The position numbers and the translations under genes are program-made. DNA of 64,000 nt from Candidatus Doudnabacteria bacterium. Lineage in GTDB: Bacteria; Patescibacteriota; Doudnabacteria; UBA920; O2-02-FULL-48-8. This document shows, one piece after another, positions 1 through 10,518 of the stretch. The notes under the pieces were generated by a model that did no database searches, was not told where the DNA came from, and was given only the letters and a program-made list of their open reading frames with translations. Within the stretch, counting starts at the first letter, position 1; each line of letters opens with the position of its first letter. The stretch spans positions 246,366 through 310,365 of the forward strand of contig JBBCGO010000001.1 in the NCBI GenBank assembly GCA_037200925.1, read 5' to 3'.

Positions 1-83
1 CTGATTACCATGTTCCGTATTCGTGCCGGTTGCAATTTGGCAGAGGGGGCAAATATAATTTTCAGGTTCGTGATTATACATAT

Positions 84-773
84 TTAACCGATCACCGTCC
101 CTTTAAATTGTTTTGCAGCCAAAAAGTTTCTCAAATTATCAAGTTTTTTGCCGTTCATGACGATCACTTTCAGTTTCAGTTTTTCCGCCAGCTTGGATGC
201 GACCGGATCAAACGGCAAATTTAATCCCGGGTCCCACTTGCTGCCGACAATTTTGCGAAAATCTTTCCAGGAAATATTCTTTATCGGTTTGGCATTTTTG
301 TGCGTTTTGGGATTTTTATCATACACATAATCAATACTGCTTAAATTCAAAACTGTATCCGCTTTATATACGCGCGCCAAAAGCACAGCTACATAATCCG
401 TTGACCAGCCCGGCCTGTAACCTGCTGCAATGATCATAGGCTCAGAAGCGGCCTCCGGCTTGTTTGGATTCGTAATGATCCTCCGGTGCGCATATTTGCG
501 GAAGATCGTGCGCAGCAAATGGGCATTCAGACGCGTGGAATGGATTCCAAGCCAATCCAGATCATCGGGATTTAATTCTCCTAAATTCTTTGCCGCCTCA
601 ATATACCGGCGGGCGATTCTGCCGCCCCCCGTGATCACCAGAAACTTATTGCCTTTTTTTATAAACGCCTCAATAACCGCTTTAAACCCCCTCAAAAACC
701 CGACATCTACCTCGTCAGGCACGATCAAGGAGCCGCCCAGGGAAATGATATATCTTTTGCTATTGGCTGGCAT
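84..773 (-). CDS. pyrH: UMP kinase (archaeal-type)
   Basis: ISLGGS, ITGGGRIAR, PGWSTDYVA, DYVYDKNP motifs of the amino-acid-kinase fold. Confidence 0.92.
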   Translation of the reverse strand: MPANSKRYIISLGGSLIVPDEVDVGFLRGFKAVIEAFIKKGNKFLVITGGGRIARRYIEAAKNLGELNPDDLDWLGIHSTRLNAHLLRTIFRKYAHRRIITNPNKPEAASEPMIIAAGYRPGWSTDYVAVLLARVYKADTVLNLSSIDYVYDKNPKTHKNAKPIKNISWKDFRKIVGSKWDPGLNLPFDPVASKLAEKLKLKVIVMNGKKLDNLRNFLAAKQFKGTVIG

Positions 774-1722
774 TGGTTGTCGCGGTTCCTGCCGCGTCCG
801 GCTGCTCCTGCTGGCTGCAGGGAGTGGCTTGAAAGCAATAATACGCCCATTTGGCCAGCCTTAGGTCGATATAGGCCAGGCGCGGGCGGTCTTTTGCCGC
901 AATTTGTTTATTTAATAATATCGACAATGCATCCAATTGAGTAACCACAGAACGAGTGGTATCAAACATCACCGACCATCCTTCCGAGGAAACAAACTGC
1001 ACATCAGTGCTTTGCTTGCCGGTGAACTTAACCTGGGCAATTCCCGTCGCTATCTTGCCGTTCCACTGGCGGCTCATAGACAGTACAAATGCCGCGAGTT
1101 TTGAATTTGGCAGGACTTCGCCTGAGGCAAAATCCTCGGTCAACTGGTCAACCACGACCAGCATGTTTTTCGGGTCATCGATCTGCGAAACCACGGTGCC
1201 CTCATCATCCACCAAAAAATATTTACCGTTTGACTGGATGACGAACCCGGGCACTCGTTCCGTGATCTCAATATTAAGCCGGTTGGGCCAAATTCTCTGG
1301 CTCGTGGCTTGTTTAATGGTCGGGATCGCAGTGGTCAGCAGCTGATCGATCCGTCCCGGCGTCATCAGAAAAAAACTATTTTTTTTAATCAAGAATAACC
1401 GGGACTGTCCGGCCTGTGCTATCACATCCTGGATCAACTGAGCCGAAACCTGCACGTTCCCCGAAACTGAGACGTTGGCCACGACAAACTTGGAAGAGAT
1501 AAAAAGATAATAAACAATAACAATTAAAATAATTACGGCGATACCGCGCCAAAATTTGGAACCTAAACCGACTTTGGATAAAATTTTATTCAGCCAAGTC
1601 CGGGGATTGGGATCAAAAGTCCTCTTGAAATTGGCAGCCGACTTGATCTTATCGCGAAAATCCCTGCCGCCGAAGCGTCGTTTGGGTTCTAATTTTCGTC
1701 TGTGAGTGGAAAAAATCTGCAT
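760..1722 (-). CDS. ftsQ: Cell division protein FtsQ/DivIB
   Basis: Basic N-terminus, one TM helix, POTRA-like region (WPNRLNIEITER), C-terminal YIDLR; adjacent to ddl. Confidence 0.8.
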   Translation of the reverse strand: MQIFSTHRRKLEPKRRFGGRDFRDKIKSAANFKRTFDPNPRTWLNKILSKVGLGSKFWRGIAVIILIVIVYYLFISSKFVVANVSVSGNVQVSAQLIQDVIAQAGQSRLFLIKKNSFFLMTPGRIDQLLTTAIPTIKQATSQRIWPNRLNIEITERVPGFVIQSNGKYFLVDDEGTVVSQIDDPKNMLVVVDQLTEDFASGEVLPNSKLAAFVLSMSRQWNGKIATGIAQVKFTGKQSTDVQFVSSEGWSVMFDTTRSVVTQLDALSILLNKQIAAKDRPRLAYIDLRLAKWAYYCFQATPCSQQEQPDAAGTATTNASQ

Positions 1723-1727
1723 AGAAG

Positions 1728-2759
1728 TTATTCTTTGTCTAAAGCCAGATAGATCAGCTTGTCCAAAAGCTGGGCATAGGACATGCCTGCGGCCCGGGCC
1801 GATTTAGGAGTCAGAGAGTTAGCTGTGAGCCCGGGAATAGTGTTGATCTCCAGGAAATAAATCTGTTCTTTACCGGTAACAATAAGATCAGTGCGGGTGA
1901 TTCCTTTGCAACCCAGCAGTTTATGCGCTTCCAATGCGATCGCCTGCAGTCGATTCGCCAGATTCTTGGGAATTGGGGCCGGCACGATCTCGTCCGAACC
2001 GCCTGTTTCATACTTTGCCCGGTAATCAAAAAATTCTGAAACCTTCGGGACTATTTCAATCACAGGCAGTGCCATAACCTTTCTGTTGCCCAAAACCGGC
2101 ACGGTAAATTCGCGGCCTTGCAGGAAAGGCTCGATCAGCACTTCCTGATCATGTTTGAAGGCCTGTTCTATTCCTTTTTTGATCTCCAGTTTATCGGAAC
2201 TTATCGTCACACCGATCGAGGAGCCGATGCGATTGGGCTTGATCACGATTTTGCCTTTCAGTCTGCTTAAATATTTTTTCGGATCTTTCAGATACGCATT
2301 TTTCTCCAAAATTATATGCGGCGCCACGAGTATGCCCTCTGATGCCACCAAGCGCTTGGTTTTCGCCTTATCCATAGCCAAAGCTGAGGCTAAAACCCCG
2401 GATCCGGTATATTTTATGCCCAATGATTCCAAAACTCCCTGGATGGTGCCGTCCTCTCCGCCCGGTCCGTGAAGGGCCAGGAAAGCCACGTCGATCTTGC
2501 TCTGCGAATTTTTATCGATCGGAACGATCTGCCGATTAGACGAAATTTTCTTTGTATGCACTGAAGCCTCAATTTGTTTGATCACGGGACTGCTGATCAG
2601 CCACTGGCCGCGCTCGGATATTTCCACGGGTATAATATCGTATTTCTTTAAGTTAAGGTTTTGTGCGACATTTTTTCCGGACCGCAAAGACACTTCCCGC
2701 TCCTGGGAAGTCCCGCCGAAGATCAGAGCAATTCGCAGTTTCTTTTTCTTTTGCGTCAT
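1728..2759 (-). CDS. ddl: D-alanine--D-alanine ligase
   Basis: FGGTSQEREVSLRSG, LHGPGGEDGTIQG, FDYRAKY, LEINTIPG. Confidence 0.96.
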   Translation of the reverse strand: MTQKKKKLRIALIFGGTSQEREVSLRSGKNVAQNLNLKKYDIIPVEISERGQWLISSPVIKQIEASVHTKKISSNRQIVPIDKNSQSKIDVAFLALHGPGGEDGTIQGVLESLGIKYTGSGVLASALAMDKAKTKRLVASEGILVAPHIILEKNAYLKDPKKYLSRLKGKIVIKPNRIGSSIGVTISSDKLEIKKGIEQAFKHDQEVLIEPFLQGREFTVPVLGNRKVMALPVIEIVPKVSEFFDYRAKYETGGSDEIVPAPIPKNLANRLQAIALEAHKLLGCKGITRTDLIVTGKEQIYFLEINTIPGLTANSLTPKSARAAGMSYAQLLDKLIYLALDKE

Positions 2760-3844
2760 TTTAAAATCCTCGGGATCAAGGGATTGATTCTGGCCACAAC
2801 TTCATAATCGTTCGTGCCGATCTTTTTGGCCAGTTCATCGACCGGAATTTCATCGCAAACAAGCATGACCTTATCGCCCGCTTTCACATTTTTTACATCC
2901 GTGGCATCTGCCATGAGCAAATTCATGCACACTCGGCCTAAAACTTTGCACTTTTTGCCGTTGATCAAGACTTCTCCCGTGTTCGAAAGCTTGCGGTCGT
3001 AACCGTCGTAATATCCGACAGGAAGTACTGCAAGTTTGGTTGCACGCTTGGTTTGGTAAGTCAGGTCATAGCCTATAAAAGTTCCTTTAGAAAGCTGTTT
3101 AACTTGAATAATATGTGTCTGCCAGGAAAGCACCGGCTTTAATTCAAATTTCGCTTTTTTTTGAGCCAAAGGGGATGGCCACAGACCATATAACCCGATG
3201 CCCAGACGAACCATATCATGATGACTGGTAGGGCTGACAATTCCGGCTGCAGTGCAGGCAATATGCTTGATGGGGTTCAGGCCCCGCCATTCCAGCTCCT
3301 CAATAACTGCATTAAACAAATGATTTTGCTTTTCGGTAAACTCCATATTCTCTTCAGACGCCGCGAAGTGGCTGAACGCTCCTTCGATCTTAATGTTCGG
3401 CCAGCGCAAAAGCTTATCTGCGAACCCGGCTACTTCATTTGGAAATATCCCCAATCTTGAGGTGCCTGTATCAGCCTTCAAATGGACATTGGCGATCTTT
3501 TTCAATTTTTTGGCAGCTGCGGAGATCAGTTTGGCCTGTTTCAGATCGTAGACTGCCAAAGAAACTTTTGTTTTTATGAGTTCAGATATCTCATCTTCCG
3601 AATAAAAGCTTAAAACCAAGATCGGTTTTTTTATTCCGGCTTTTCTCAATTCCAAAGCCTCGTTTCCTGACGCCACGCCAAACCAGTCGGTTTCTTTTTC
3701 GATCACGGATGCAACCTGTGCTATTCCGTGGCCGTAAGCATTGCTTTTCACGATTGACATGACTTTTGTATCACCAATAGCGCGCCGGTAGGCGCGCAGG
3801 TTGTGAAGCAAAGCTGATCTACTGATCAGGACTTGTGAGGACAT
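2756..3844 (-). CDS. alr: Alanine racemase
   Basis: VKSNAYGHG PLP motif, HLKADTGTSRLG, PVGYYDG, GRVCM. Confidence 0.96.
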   Translation of the reverse strand: MSSQVLISRSALLHNLRAYRRAIGDTKVMSIVKSNAYGHGIAQVASVIEKETDWFGVASGNEALELRKAGIKKPILVLSFYSEDEISELIKTKVSLAVYDLKQAKLISAAAKKLKKIANVHLKADTGTSRLGIFPNEVAGFADKLLRWPNIKIEGAFSHFAASEENMEFTEKQNHLFNAVIEELEWRGLNPIKHIACTAAGIVSPTSHHDMVRLGIGLYGLWPSPLAQKKAKFELKPVLSWQTHIIQVKQLSKGTFIGYDLTYQTKRATKLAVLPVGYYDGYDRKLSNTGEVLINGKKCKVLGRVCMNLLMADATDVKNVKAGDKVMLVCDEIPVDELAKKIGTNDYEVVARINPLIPRILK

Positions 3845-5145
3845 TATTTCTTGATCTCAGAAAACCCCGTATATTTTTGCAAAACTTTCGGCACTTTTAT
3901 CGATCCGTCCGCTTCCTGATTGTTTTCCAGGATTGCGATCAATGTTCTGGGCATAGCCACAGCAGTGGCATCATTCGTGTGCACCAGCTCATTGTCTTTG
4001 CCGGTTTTGACCTTTATGTTCAATCTTCTTGCCTGGAAATCGGTCATCAGATCCGCAGTATGGGTCTCGCGGTAGGTTTTCTGGCTCGGGACCCAGACTT
4101 CCAGATCGACTCCGCGGGCATTCGGCATGCCGATATCAGCCGTGCACTTCAAAAGTTTTCTGTAAGGCAGTTCCAAAGCCTGCAGGATATATTCTTCGAT
4201 CGCGATCAAAAACAGATGCTCTTTAAACGAATTTTCGGCCGATGTGAACGATTCCATTTCCAGCTTATCGAATTGATGCACGCGCAAGATCCCTTTCACG
4301 TCCTTGCCGTAAGAGCCTGATTCCCGCCTGAATGACGTGGAATAGCCGATATACCGCAAAGGCAATTGCTCTTCTTTCAAAACTTCATCCATGTGTTTGG
4401 ACACCAGGCTGTGCTCGGCACTGCCGATCAGATACAGATCATCCTGCTGCAGATAATAGCGCTCTTCTTTATCTTCTTCGCTGAGCCTGGAAGTTTTTAC
4501 GTAGACGTCGGGTTTGATCATCACCGGCGGCACTATCGGAATGAACGGTTTGTGAGAATAGCCTTTTTCAACCGAGCCGGCAATTTTTTTCAGGATCTTT
4601 TCATTCGTCAAAGTCTCAAACACAAAATTCATCAATGCGAACTGCAGCTGCGCCGCAGCACCCAAAATATAGCCGAACCTGCTGCCCGCAACTTTCGCAG
4701 CGGACTCGATATCAATCATGTTCAATTCTTTCCCCAATTGAACATGGTCTTTCGGCTCAAAATCAAATTTTCGCGGCGCGCCCCAGGTGAATACAATTTC
4801 ATTTTCTCTTTCGTCCTTGCCTACCGGCACATCAGGCCAGGGAATATTAGGCACTTTCAGCATCTCAGAGGTCCATTGCTTGTCGATCTCCTCAAACTCC
4901 AGTTCAAATTTTCCCAGTTCATCTTTCAGAGATTTGCTTTGTTTTATCAGTTCATCATCCTTGCCGGCTTTGAGCTTTTGGGTGATCTCATTTCTTTTGG
5001 CGCGCAGATCCTCAATTTTAACCGTCAGCTTCCTTCTTTGATCGTCCAATGAAAGCAAATGATCAATATTGGCAGTGGCTTTTTTATTCTTTACAGCCTG
5101 TTTGACCTTATCCGCATTCTCTCTGATGAATTTTATGTCCAGCAT
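3844..5145 (-). CDS. serS: Serine--tRNA ligase
   Basis: MLDIKFIREN start, FRRESGSYGKD, RVHQFDKLE, DFQARRLNI. Confidence 0.97.
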   Translation of the reverse strand: MLDIKFIRENADKVKQAVKNKKATANIDHLLSLDDQRRKLTVKIEDLRAKRNEITQKLKAGKDDELIKQSKSLKDELGKFELEFEEIDKQWTSEMLKVPNIPWPDVPVGKDERENEIVFTWGAPRKFDFEPKDHVQLGKELNMIDIESAAKVAGSRFGYILGAAAQLQFALMNFVFETLTNEKILKKIAGSVEKGYSHKPFIPIVPPVMIKPDVYVKTSRLSEEDKEERYYLQQDDLYLIGSAEHSLVSKHMDEVLKEEQLPLRYIGYSTSFRRESGSYGKDVKGILRVHQFDKLEMESFTSAENSFKEHLFLIAIEEYILQALELPYRKLLKCTADIGMPNARGVDLEVWVPSQKTYRETHTADLMTDFQARRLNIKVKTGKDNELVHTNDATAVAMPRTLIAILENNQEADGSIKVPKVLQKYTGFSEIKK

Positions 5146-5151
5146 ATTATT

Positions 5152-5733
5152 CTAATCGCTAATTACATCTTTTATTTTTTCCAGCGCGTACGCACGATGA
5201 TTGACTATATCGTTCTCATCCAACAGATCGCCCCAATATTTCTGATAATTCGGCAGATACATTACCGAATTGTACGGATAATCCGGCCATCTTTTTTCAC
5301 TCGGTTTTTCAGGTACAATCCCGATTACTTCGCTCTCGGATGTAAAAATTCCAAATGGCGTAGCCAAAGCCACTACGATCCGGTGCCTGGCATTTCTGTT
5401 GGTTTGGCCTTGCATGCGCTTAAATACTTCTGAAATAACCTCCTCGTCGGTCATCTCCCGGCCGATCCAGCGGCGGCTTTTTATCCCGGGCTCATTATTC
5501 AGAACTTCGATCTCAAAACCGCCATCATCTACTATAACGGGGATTCCCGATCTTTTAAAATAAAATTCGGCTTTCTTGATCGCTTCCTCTTCAAAACTTT
5601 TCGCTTTCTCTTCGGGAGCTTCGATATTCAGATCTTTTGCCGAAACAATTTCCAAATCCAGATTTTTTAAAAGCTTTTTATAGGTCCCGACCTTCGCCGG
5701 ATTTCCCGTGCCAATAAGTATCTTTTTAGACAT
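5152..5733 (-). CDS. Non-canonical purine NTP pyrophosphatase (HAM1/RdgB family)
   Basis: GTGNPAK, VDDGGFEI, PGIKSRR, NHRAYAL. Confidence 0.85.
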   Translation of the reverse strand: MSKKILIGTGNPAKVGTYKKLLKNLDLEIVSAKDLNIEAPEEKAKSFEEEAIKKAEFYFKRSGIPVIVDDGGFEIEVLNNEPGIKSRRWIGREMTDEEVISEVFKRMQGQTNRNARHRIVVALATPFGIFTSESEVIGIVPEKPSEKRWPDYPYNSVMYLPNYQKYWGDLLDENDIVNHRAYALEKIKDVISD

Positions 5734-5750
5734 AAAATAATTAATTAAAT

Positions 5751-6305
5751 TTATAAACCTATTTCGCTTGAGTGTTCTTTCATAGCATTCAATGAGATCT
5801 CAACCAATTCCGGCAAATCCATATTAATGTAGTCCTTGCAAAGCATAATGATCTCGCGGTTCACGCCAGCGGCAAAGCTTTTCTGCTTGAATTTTTTTAG
5901 AACCGATTCAGCGGTCACGGATGCCAATTTCTTGTCCGGCTGGACCAGGGCCGCTGCAGTGATCAACCCGGATAGTTCCTCAACGCAATACAAGGTTTTT
6001 TCCAAAAGCGTTTCCGGTTTTATCTCATGCACCCAATTATGAACATAAATTGCATTAATGATCTCGGGTTTCAGGTCAGTTTTTTCCAGAATTTCTTTGG
6101 ACACTTTCGTATGATTCTTAAAATTATCTTTCGTCTTTTCCCAATCCAGGTCGTGCAGCATTCCGGTCAGTTCCCAGTCATCCTGATTTTCCCCGAATTT
6201 TTCCGCCAGCGCTTTCATAATGAATCCCACAGCGACATTGTGGCGGATGAGATTCGGATTGGTAATATGCTCAGACAGCAAATTCAGCGCTTCTTGCCTG
6301 GTCAT
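5751..6305 (-). CDS. HD/HDIG-domain metal-dependent phosphohydrolase
   Basis: NLIRH, GMLHDLDWE, KSFAAGVNRE. Confidence 0.85.
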   Translation of the reverse strand: MTRQEALNLLSEHITNPNLIRHNVAVGFIMKALAEKFGENQDDWELTGMLHDLDWEKTKDNFKNHTKVSKEILEKTDLKPEIINAIYVHNWVHEIKPETLLEKTLYCVEELSGLITAAALVQPDKKLASVTAESVLKKFKQKSFAAGVNREIIMLCKDYINMDLPELVEISLNAMKEHSSEIGL

Positions 6306-6613
6306 TGTGGATATATATCTCGCAGATCATCATTTGTGCCTTGTTCGCTAAAAATCGTACCTGAGTCTTTATCCGGAGGAAGCTTATGTTTTAGGATCTT
6401 CCCTTGCTTGTCAACCAACAAAGCTTCCCTGTAGGTTGAATTTTCTATAACCCGGGTGTAAAAAATATTTCCGGTCTTTTCTTCCGTAAATCCCCGTTCA
6501 AAAGTTACACCGTCAACAGTTATGCTTTCAGGGATTTTTCCGTTCTCAAATCCTTCCGCAGTTTGTCCCTCAAACTCATAAGGATTTTTTAATAGTGACT
6601 CACCTGATCTCAT
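6302..6613 (-). CDS. Hypothetical protein
   Basis: 103-aa ORF with 4-bp ATGA overlaps to both lysS and the HD gene. Confidence 0.65.
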   Translation of the reverse strand: MRSGESLLKNPYEFEGQTAEGFENGKIPESITVDGVTFERGFTEEKTGNIFYTRVIENSTYREALLVDKQGKILKHKLPPDKDSGTIFSEQGTNDDLRDIYPQ

Positions 6614-8070
6614 TTTTCTTCTTCTTTCATCGGCGGGAAGATCACGGTTTCGCGCATGGCTTTGTTCATCAGGACCGCAAACAGCCGCTCGCTGACGCCA
6701 AATCCCACAGCCGGCGGCATGCCGTATTCCAGCGCTTCCACATAATCCTCATCCAGCATCTGGGCTTCCTTATCGCCTGCGGCCCGCAATTTCATCTGCT
6801 CTTGGAATCGCATCATCTGGTATTGCGGGTCATTGACCTCAGACCAGCCGTTGCCCAGTTCTGTTTTCGCGGCCAAAACCTGGAAGCGCAGGACTTTTTT
6901 GGGATTTTTCGGGTCCACTTTTGCCAAAGGCGAGATCTCCACCGGGTGTCCTATCAGGAAAGCGGGCTGGACCAATTTTGGCCGGACAAGTTTTTTATAA
7001 ATCGCGTCGATCAGCCGGCCGCGGCCAAGTTTGGGCTCATCTATGCCAAGCTCCTGCGCCTTTTTGTGCAGCTCTTCATCAGTGGTTTTATTCAGATCCA
7101 AACCTGTTTCTTTTTTGAAAATGTCAAAATAATCTATCTTAGGCCACTTCCCGCTCCAGTCGATCTTATGGCCTTCGTACTCGGTTTCCATAACACCTGC
7201 CACATTTTTTACCGCCAGTTTGAATAATTTTTCCACGAGCTTCATGCCGTCTTTATAATCAGCATAAGCCCAATAAAATTCCATATCGTCATATTCCTGC
7301 AAATGCTCGCGGTCAATTCCCTCGTTGCGAAACAGGCGCCCGATCTCAAATACTTTATCAAAACCCCCGACCAGTAGCCGCTTTAACGGCAACTCCAAAG
7401 AGATCCGCAGATAAAAATCCCGGTTCAGCGCATTGTGGTGTGTAATGAAGGGTTCGGCATCAGCCCCTCCCGGCACTGCTTCCAAAACAGGCGTCCAGAC
7501 CTCCAAAAATCCCTGCTTGACCATAAAATTCCGCACCGTCTGCCAAAACAAGGCTTTCTTCCGGAAAAGCTCGCGGGTATCTTTGTTGGCGATCAGGTCC
7601 AGGTAACGCTTACGCAGTTTGACTTCCAGATCCTTCAGGCCAAAATAATTTTGGGGCACCGGGCGCAAAGATTTGGCCAGAAGCTTGTAATCCGAGACTT
7701 CCAGGGTTTTCTCGCCTGATTTTGAAAGCGCCAGAGTGCCTGAGGCCTGCAAAAAATCGCCCATGTCAAAAAGTGCATTGAATTGCTCAAATTTATCGCC
7801 CAACAGATCTTCACGAAGCAAAAACTGAATGGCGCCGCTGTCATCTTCAATGTTCCCGAAAGTCAATTTTCCATGGCCGCGGATTGACCGGATCCTGCCC
7901 GCCAATATCACCTGTTTTTTTTCTTGTGAAAGTTTCTCAAAATCGGCGATTGCTTCTCCAATGCTTTCGGTAAGCTCAACACTCACCGGATATGGTTCAA
8001 TTCCGGCTGTTTTGAGTTGCTCCAGTTTTTCTAAGCGAACCTTGCGTAATTCTTCTGTTTTTTCTGTCAT
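6610..8070 (-). CDS. lysS: Lysine--tRNA ligase (class II)
   Basis: YLRISLEL, FEIGRLFRNEG, ALEYGMPP, IFPPMK. Confidence 0.97.
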   Translation of the reverse strand: MTEKTEELRKVRLEKLEQLKTAGIEPYPVSVELTESIGEAIADFEKLSQEKKQVILAGRIRSIRGHGKLTFGNIEDDSGAIQFLLREDLLGDKFEQFNALFDMGDFLQASGTLALSKSGEKTLEVSDYKLLAKSLRPVPQNYFGLKDLEVKLRKRYLDLIANKDTRELFRKKALFWQTVRNFMVKQGFLEVWTPVLEAVPGGADAEPFITHHNALNRDFYLRISLELPLKRLLVGGFDKVFEIGRLFRNEGIDREHLQEYDDMEFYWAYADYKDGMKLVEKLFKLAVKNVAGVMETEYEGHKIDWSGKWPKIDYFDIFKKETGLDLNKTTDEELHKKAQELGIDEPKLGRGRLIDAIYKKLVRPKLVQPAFLIGHPVEISPLAKVDPKNPKKVLRFQVLAAKTELGNGWSEVNDPQYQMMRFQEQMKLRAAGDKEAQMLDEDYVEALEYGMPPAVGFGVSERLFAVLMNKAMRETVIFPPMKEEEK

Positions 8071-8139
8071 TTGTAGAGATTAACTGTAACATATTATACC
8101 ATAATCTCGGCAAAAATAAAAAAGGCGAACTTAGTAAGC

Positions 8140-8598
8140 TCACCCGCTGCTTTCCGGGCTTATGATCTTGATTGCGCACGAACCCCAATCAATAACCGCC
8201 GCCTCGGCATGCCTGATGTTGAAAAATCCCGGTTTTGGTTTTCCCCTGTTGACCATCACCTCTTCTGCCACCTTGTAAGGGTGGTCGTTTTGCAAAACCG
8301 CGATCACTACTTCGGCCGAAGCGGACAATTTCTTGATCAGCTCGAAGGCTCGTGTAGGTGTCTGCAGTTCTTTGTGTGCTGACGGCTCTGTGCCCAGCAC
8401 TTTAGCCAGGATCTGGCCGGTCTCCACGCACCGCCTAAACGGCGAGGTCAGGATCCGCACACACTTGCCTGATGGAGCAAAAGGCTGCAGCTTTTTCCCC
8501 AGATCAGACGTGATCTCAATCCACTCGGGGAAAAGTCCCAGATCCAAGCCATGCTCATGCTTATAAAATCCGTGACGCACCAAAATCAACTTTTCCAT
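8140..8598 (-). CDS. Histidine phosphatase family (SixA-like) protein
   Basis: KLILVRHG and TSPFRRCVET; start moved to MEKL (8598) because the longer ORF overlaps the upstream gene. Confidence 0.7.
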   Translation of the reverse strand: MEKLILVRHGFYKHEHGLDLGLFPEWIEITSDLGKKLQPFAPSGKCVRILTSPFRRCVETGQILAKVLGTEPSAHKELQTPTRAFELIKKLSASAEVVIAVLQNDHPYKVAEEVMVNRGKPKPGFFNIRHAEAAVIDWGSCAIKIISPESSG

Positions 8599-8632
8599 GA
8601 TCATCCTCGTATTTGGTTGTAGACAAAAACTG

Positions 8633-9340
8633 TTATCTGGCCAGGTATCCTCTTCTCCGTCTTTCGGGAAACCGCTCAATGGCATACCGAAGCGTTGTCC
8701 GCGGCATCTGTTGCCGATATTTATCCAAAAATTGAACCAAAGTTTTTTCATCGCTTTTGCCGACTTCCCTTAGCATCCAGCCGACTGCCTTGTGGATCAG
8801 GTCATGCCTGTCGGAAAGAAGCTTCTTGGCAATTTCCAAAGTTTTGGCAAACTGATGATTTTTTATAAATTGATATGTGGCAACCATGGCGATCCGCCGC
8901 TCCCACAAGTTTTCAGACCGCGCCAGTTTGTTCAGAATTGCTTTGGGTCTATTTAAAAGGTATTCCCCAACTATCTTGTCTGCAGACAAATCCACCAGGT
9001 CCCAGTTGTTCACGAATTTGGCTGAATTCAAATAAAATTTGTAGATCTTTGTCTTCTCAGCCTTGCTGCCATGTTCGAAATTATGGACGAGGATCAAAAG
9101 CGCTATCAGCCGTTCTTCGTGGATTTTTGAAGCCAATAACTTTTTAACATCAACAAGACTTAGATGTTTATATTTCAGCGCCAGCTGGCGGCTCTGCGGC
9201 ACCTTAATGCCGGCGAATATGTCGCCTTCGCCATAATGCCCTTTGCCCGTTTTAAAAAACCCGGCCAGGATCTTTGCCTTTTTCGGATTGCCCTGTTTTT
9301 TTATTTCATTCTTAAGCGCGGTCAAATTATTCATATCCAT
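8633..9340 (-). CDS. DNA alkylation repair protein (AlkD-like HEAT family)
   Basis: FFKTGKGHYGEGD, NNWDLVD, LWERR, DLIHKAVGWMLREVGK, RTTLRYAIE; start at 9340 or 9334. Confidence 0.9.
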   Translation of the reverse strand: MDMNNLTALKNEIKKQGNPKKAKILAGFFKTGKGHYGEGDIFAGIKVPQSRQLALKYKHLSLVDVKKLLASKIHEERLIALLILVHNFEHGSKAEKTKIYKFYLNSAKFVNNWDLVDLSADKIVGEYLLNRPKAILNKLARSENLWERRIAMVATYQFIKNHQFAKTLEIAKKLLSDRHDLIHKAVGWMLREVGKSDEKTLVQFLDKYRQQMPRTTLRYAIERFPERRRRGYLAR

Positions 9341-9422
9341 ACTATACGCTCCCATGCTATGAAGTTCAATTATTTGATTTACGGCTTTATTTAGTCTACC
9401 ATTTAATCTGAAGGAGGAGACC

Positions 9423-9782
9423 ATGGAGATGCCACGGGGTAAGATCTTGACCTTCAGCAAGTGCTCTTGCTGCAACGATTGCTATTTTTTCTTCATCGAC
9501 AACAGCAGAGCAATCGCGGTTGTCCCGGTCTACTCCAAAGCCGGTGCTTCTTATCTGCTTGAGACCTGCAAGCTCGAAAAAGCCATCAGCAGCAGCGACT
9601 ACCAGTTCTTTTGCCGCGAAATTAGCGACTCAAGGCTTCCGGAAAGAATCGAGGCCATTGCCGAACATCAAAAAGAACGCCATCTGCGGAAGCCTGACGT
9701 TCTAAACAGCTATTATCAGATAACCATGCTGCTTTTCACGGAGCTTCACGGCGAGCAACCCTCACAACGTTCCACTAATTAA
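9423..9782 (+). CDS. Hypothetical protein
   Basis: 119-aa ORF with strong SD (GAAGGAGGAG) just upstream. Confidence 0.6.
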   Translation: MEMPRGKILTFSKCSCCNDCYFFFIDNSRAIAVVPVYSKAGASYLLETCKLEKAISSSDYQFFCREISDSRLPERIEAIAEHQKERHLRKPDVLNSYYQITMLLFTELHGEQPSQRSTN

Positions 9783-9909
9783 CGCGCAAGATTGATCTTC
9801 GCGTTTTTCTTTTTAGCGATATCTTCGAGATTGACAAGAACAGCCGGAATATAGAATAATTATATGATTTCAAAAGAGGACAACACGGCCATGATGGCCG
9901 GGAGGTTGT

Positions 9910-10479
9910 ATGCTGGAGCAGCTCGGCAATTCCGGATTGTACGTAATGGAGGAGCCTGTCTGCGGATTCCCGCCGCGCGAGGTCCTGCCGTCCCGCCTGG
10001 ATGTACGTCAGCTTTTCGAGAGAACGGATGAAGCCAGAGATGAGCTCGTGCGCCGCCTGCTCGAATTCTGCTACAAGAAAGATCAGTGGGTCGGGGTCAG
10101 CTGGACGGCGCTGATGAACGGACTGGATAATGAACTGGAGTCCTATCAGCGAATTGTCCACAGAACCCGGCCAGGGGAACTCGCCTACCAAGAAGCGACG
10201 AAGAAGCACATCCGCAGCAATTTCTGGACGCTAGGACTCTACGGGTATTTCCGGCCTGCGCCCCTGCCGCCGGTGAATCTGGAGCGGGCAGCGCTGGAAA
10301 AAAAGATCCTCTGGTCATCCCACGATCAGCGAGAACAACTGGGATTGGCGGCGATGAGGCTTGTGGCGGAAGAATACCTGAAAGTTGATGTCGACTTGCT
10401 TGGCCATGATCGCCTGAAAAGGGTTTTCTTCCTCACGGCTAATCTCGTCTGGCTTTACGTGCGTAAAGAAAAAGCGTGA
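9910..10479 (+). CDS. Hypothetical protein
   Basis: 189-aa ORF, SD GGGAGG, TTGACA at 9831. Confidence 0.65.
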   Translation: MLEQLGNSGLYVMEEPVCGFPPREVLPSRLDVRQLFERTDEARDELVRRLLEFCYKKDQWVGVSWTALMNGLDNELESYQRIVHRTRPGELAYQEATKKHIRSNFWTLGLYGYFRPAPLPPVNLERAALEKKILWSSHDQREQLGLAAMRLVAEEYLKVDVDLLGHDRLKRVFFLTANLVWLYVRKEKA

Positions 10480-10518
10480 ACATTCATCAAGTTTGCGCTT
10501 TATTTTTTTCAAAAAAAC

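Noticed and set aside
4366-5052. Long antisense ORFs (here and e.g. 6595-7227, 37621-38274, 50826-51407, 62746-63396)
   Set aside because: Shadows of well-supported genes on the opposite strand.
9341-9475. N-terminal ORF-track extensions (AlkD-like; also 8599-8751, 53319-53393, 54214-54312, 61335-61433)
   Set aside because: They overlap neighbouring genes, promoters or terminators; downstream starts fit better.
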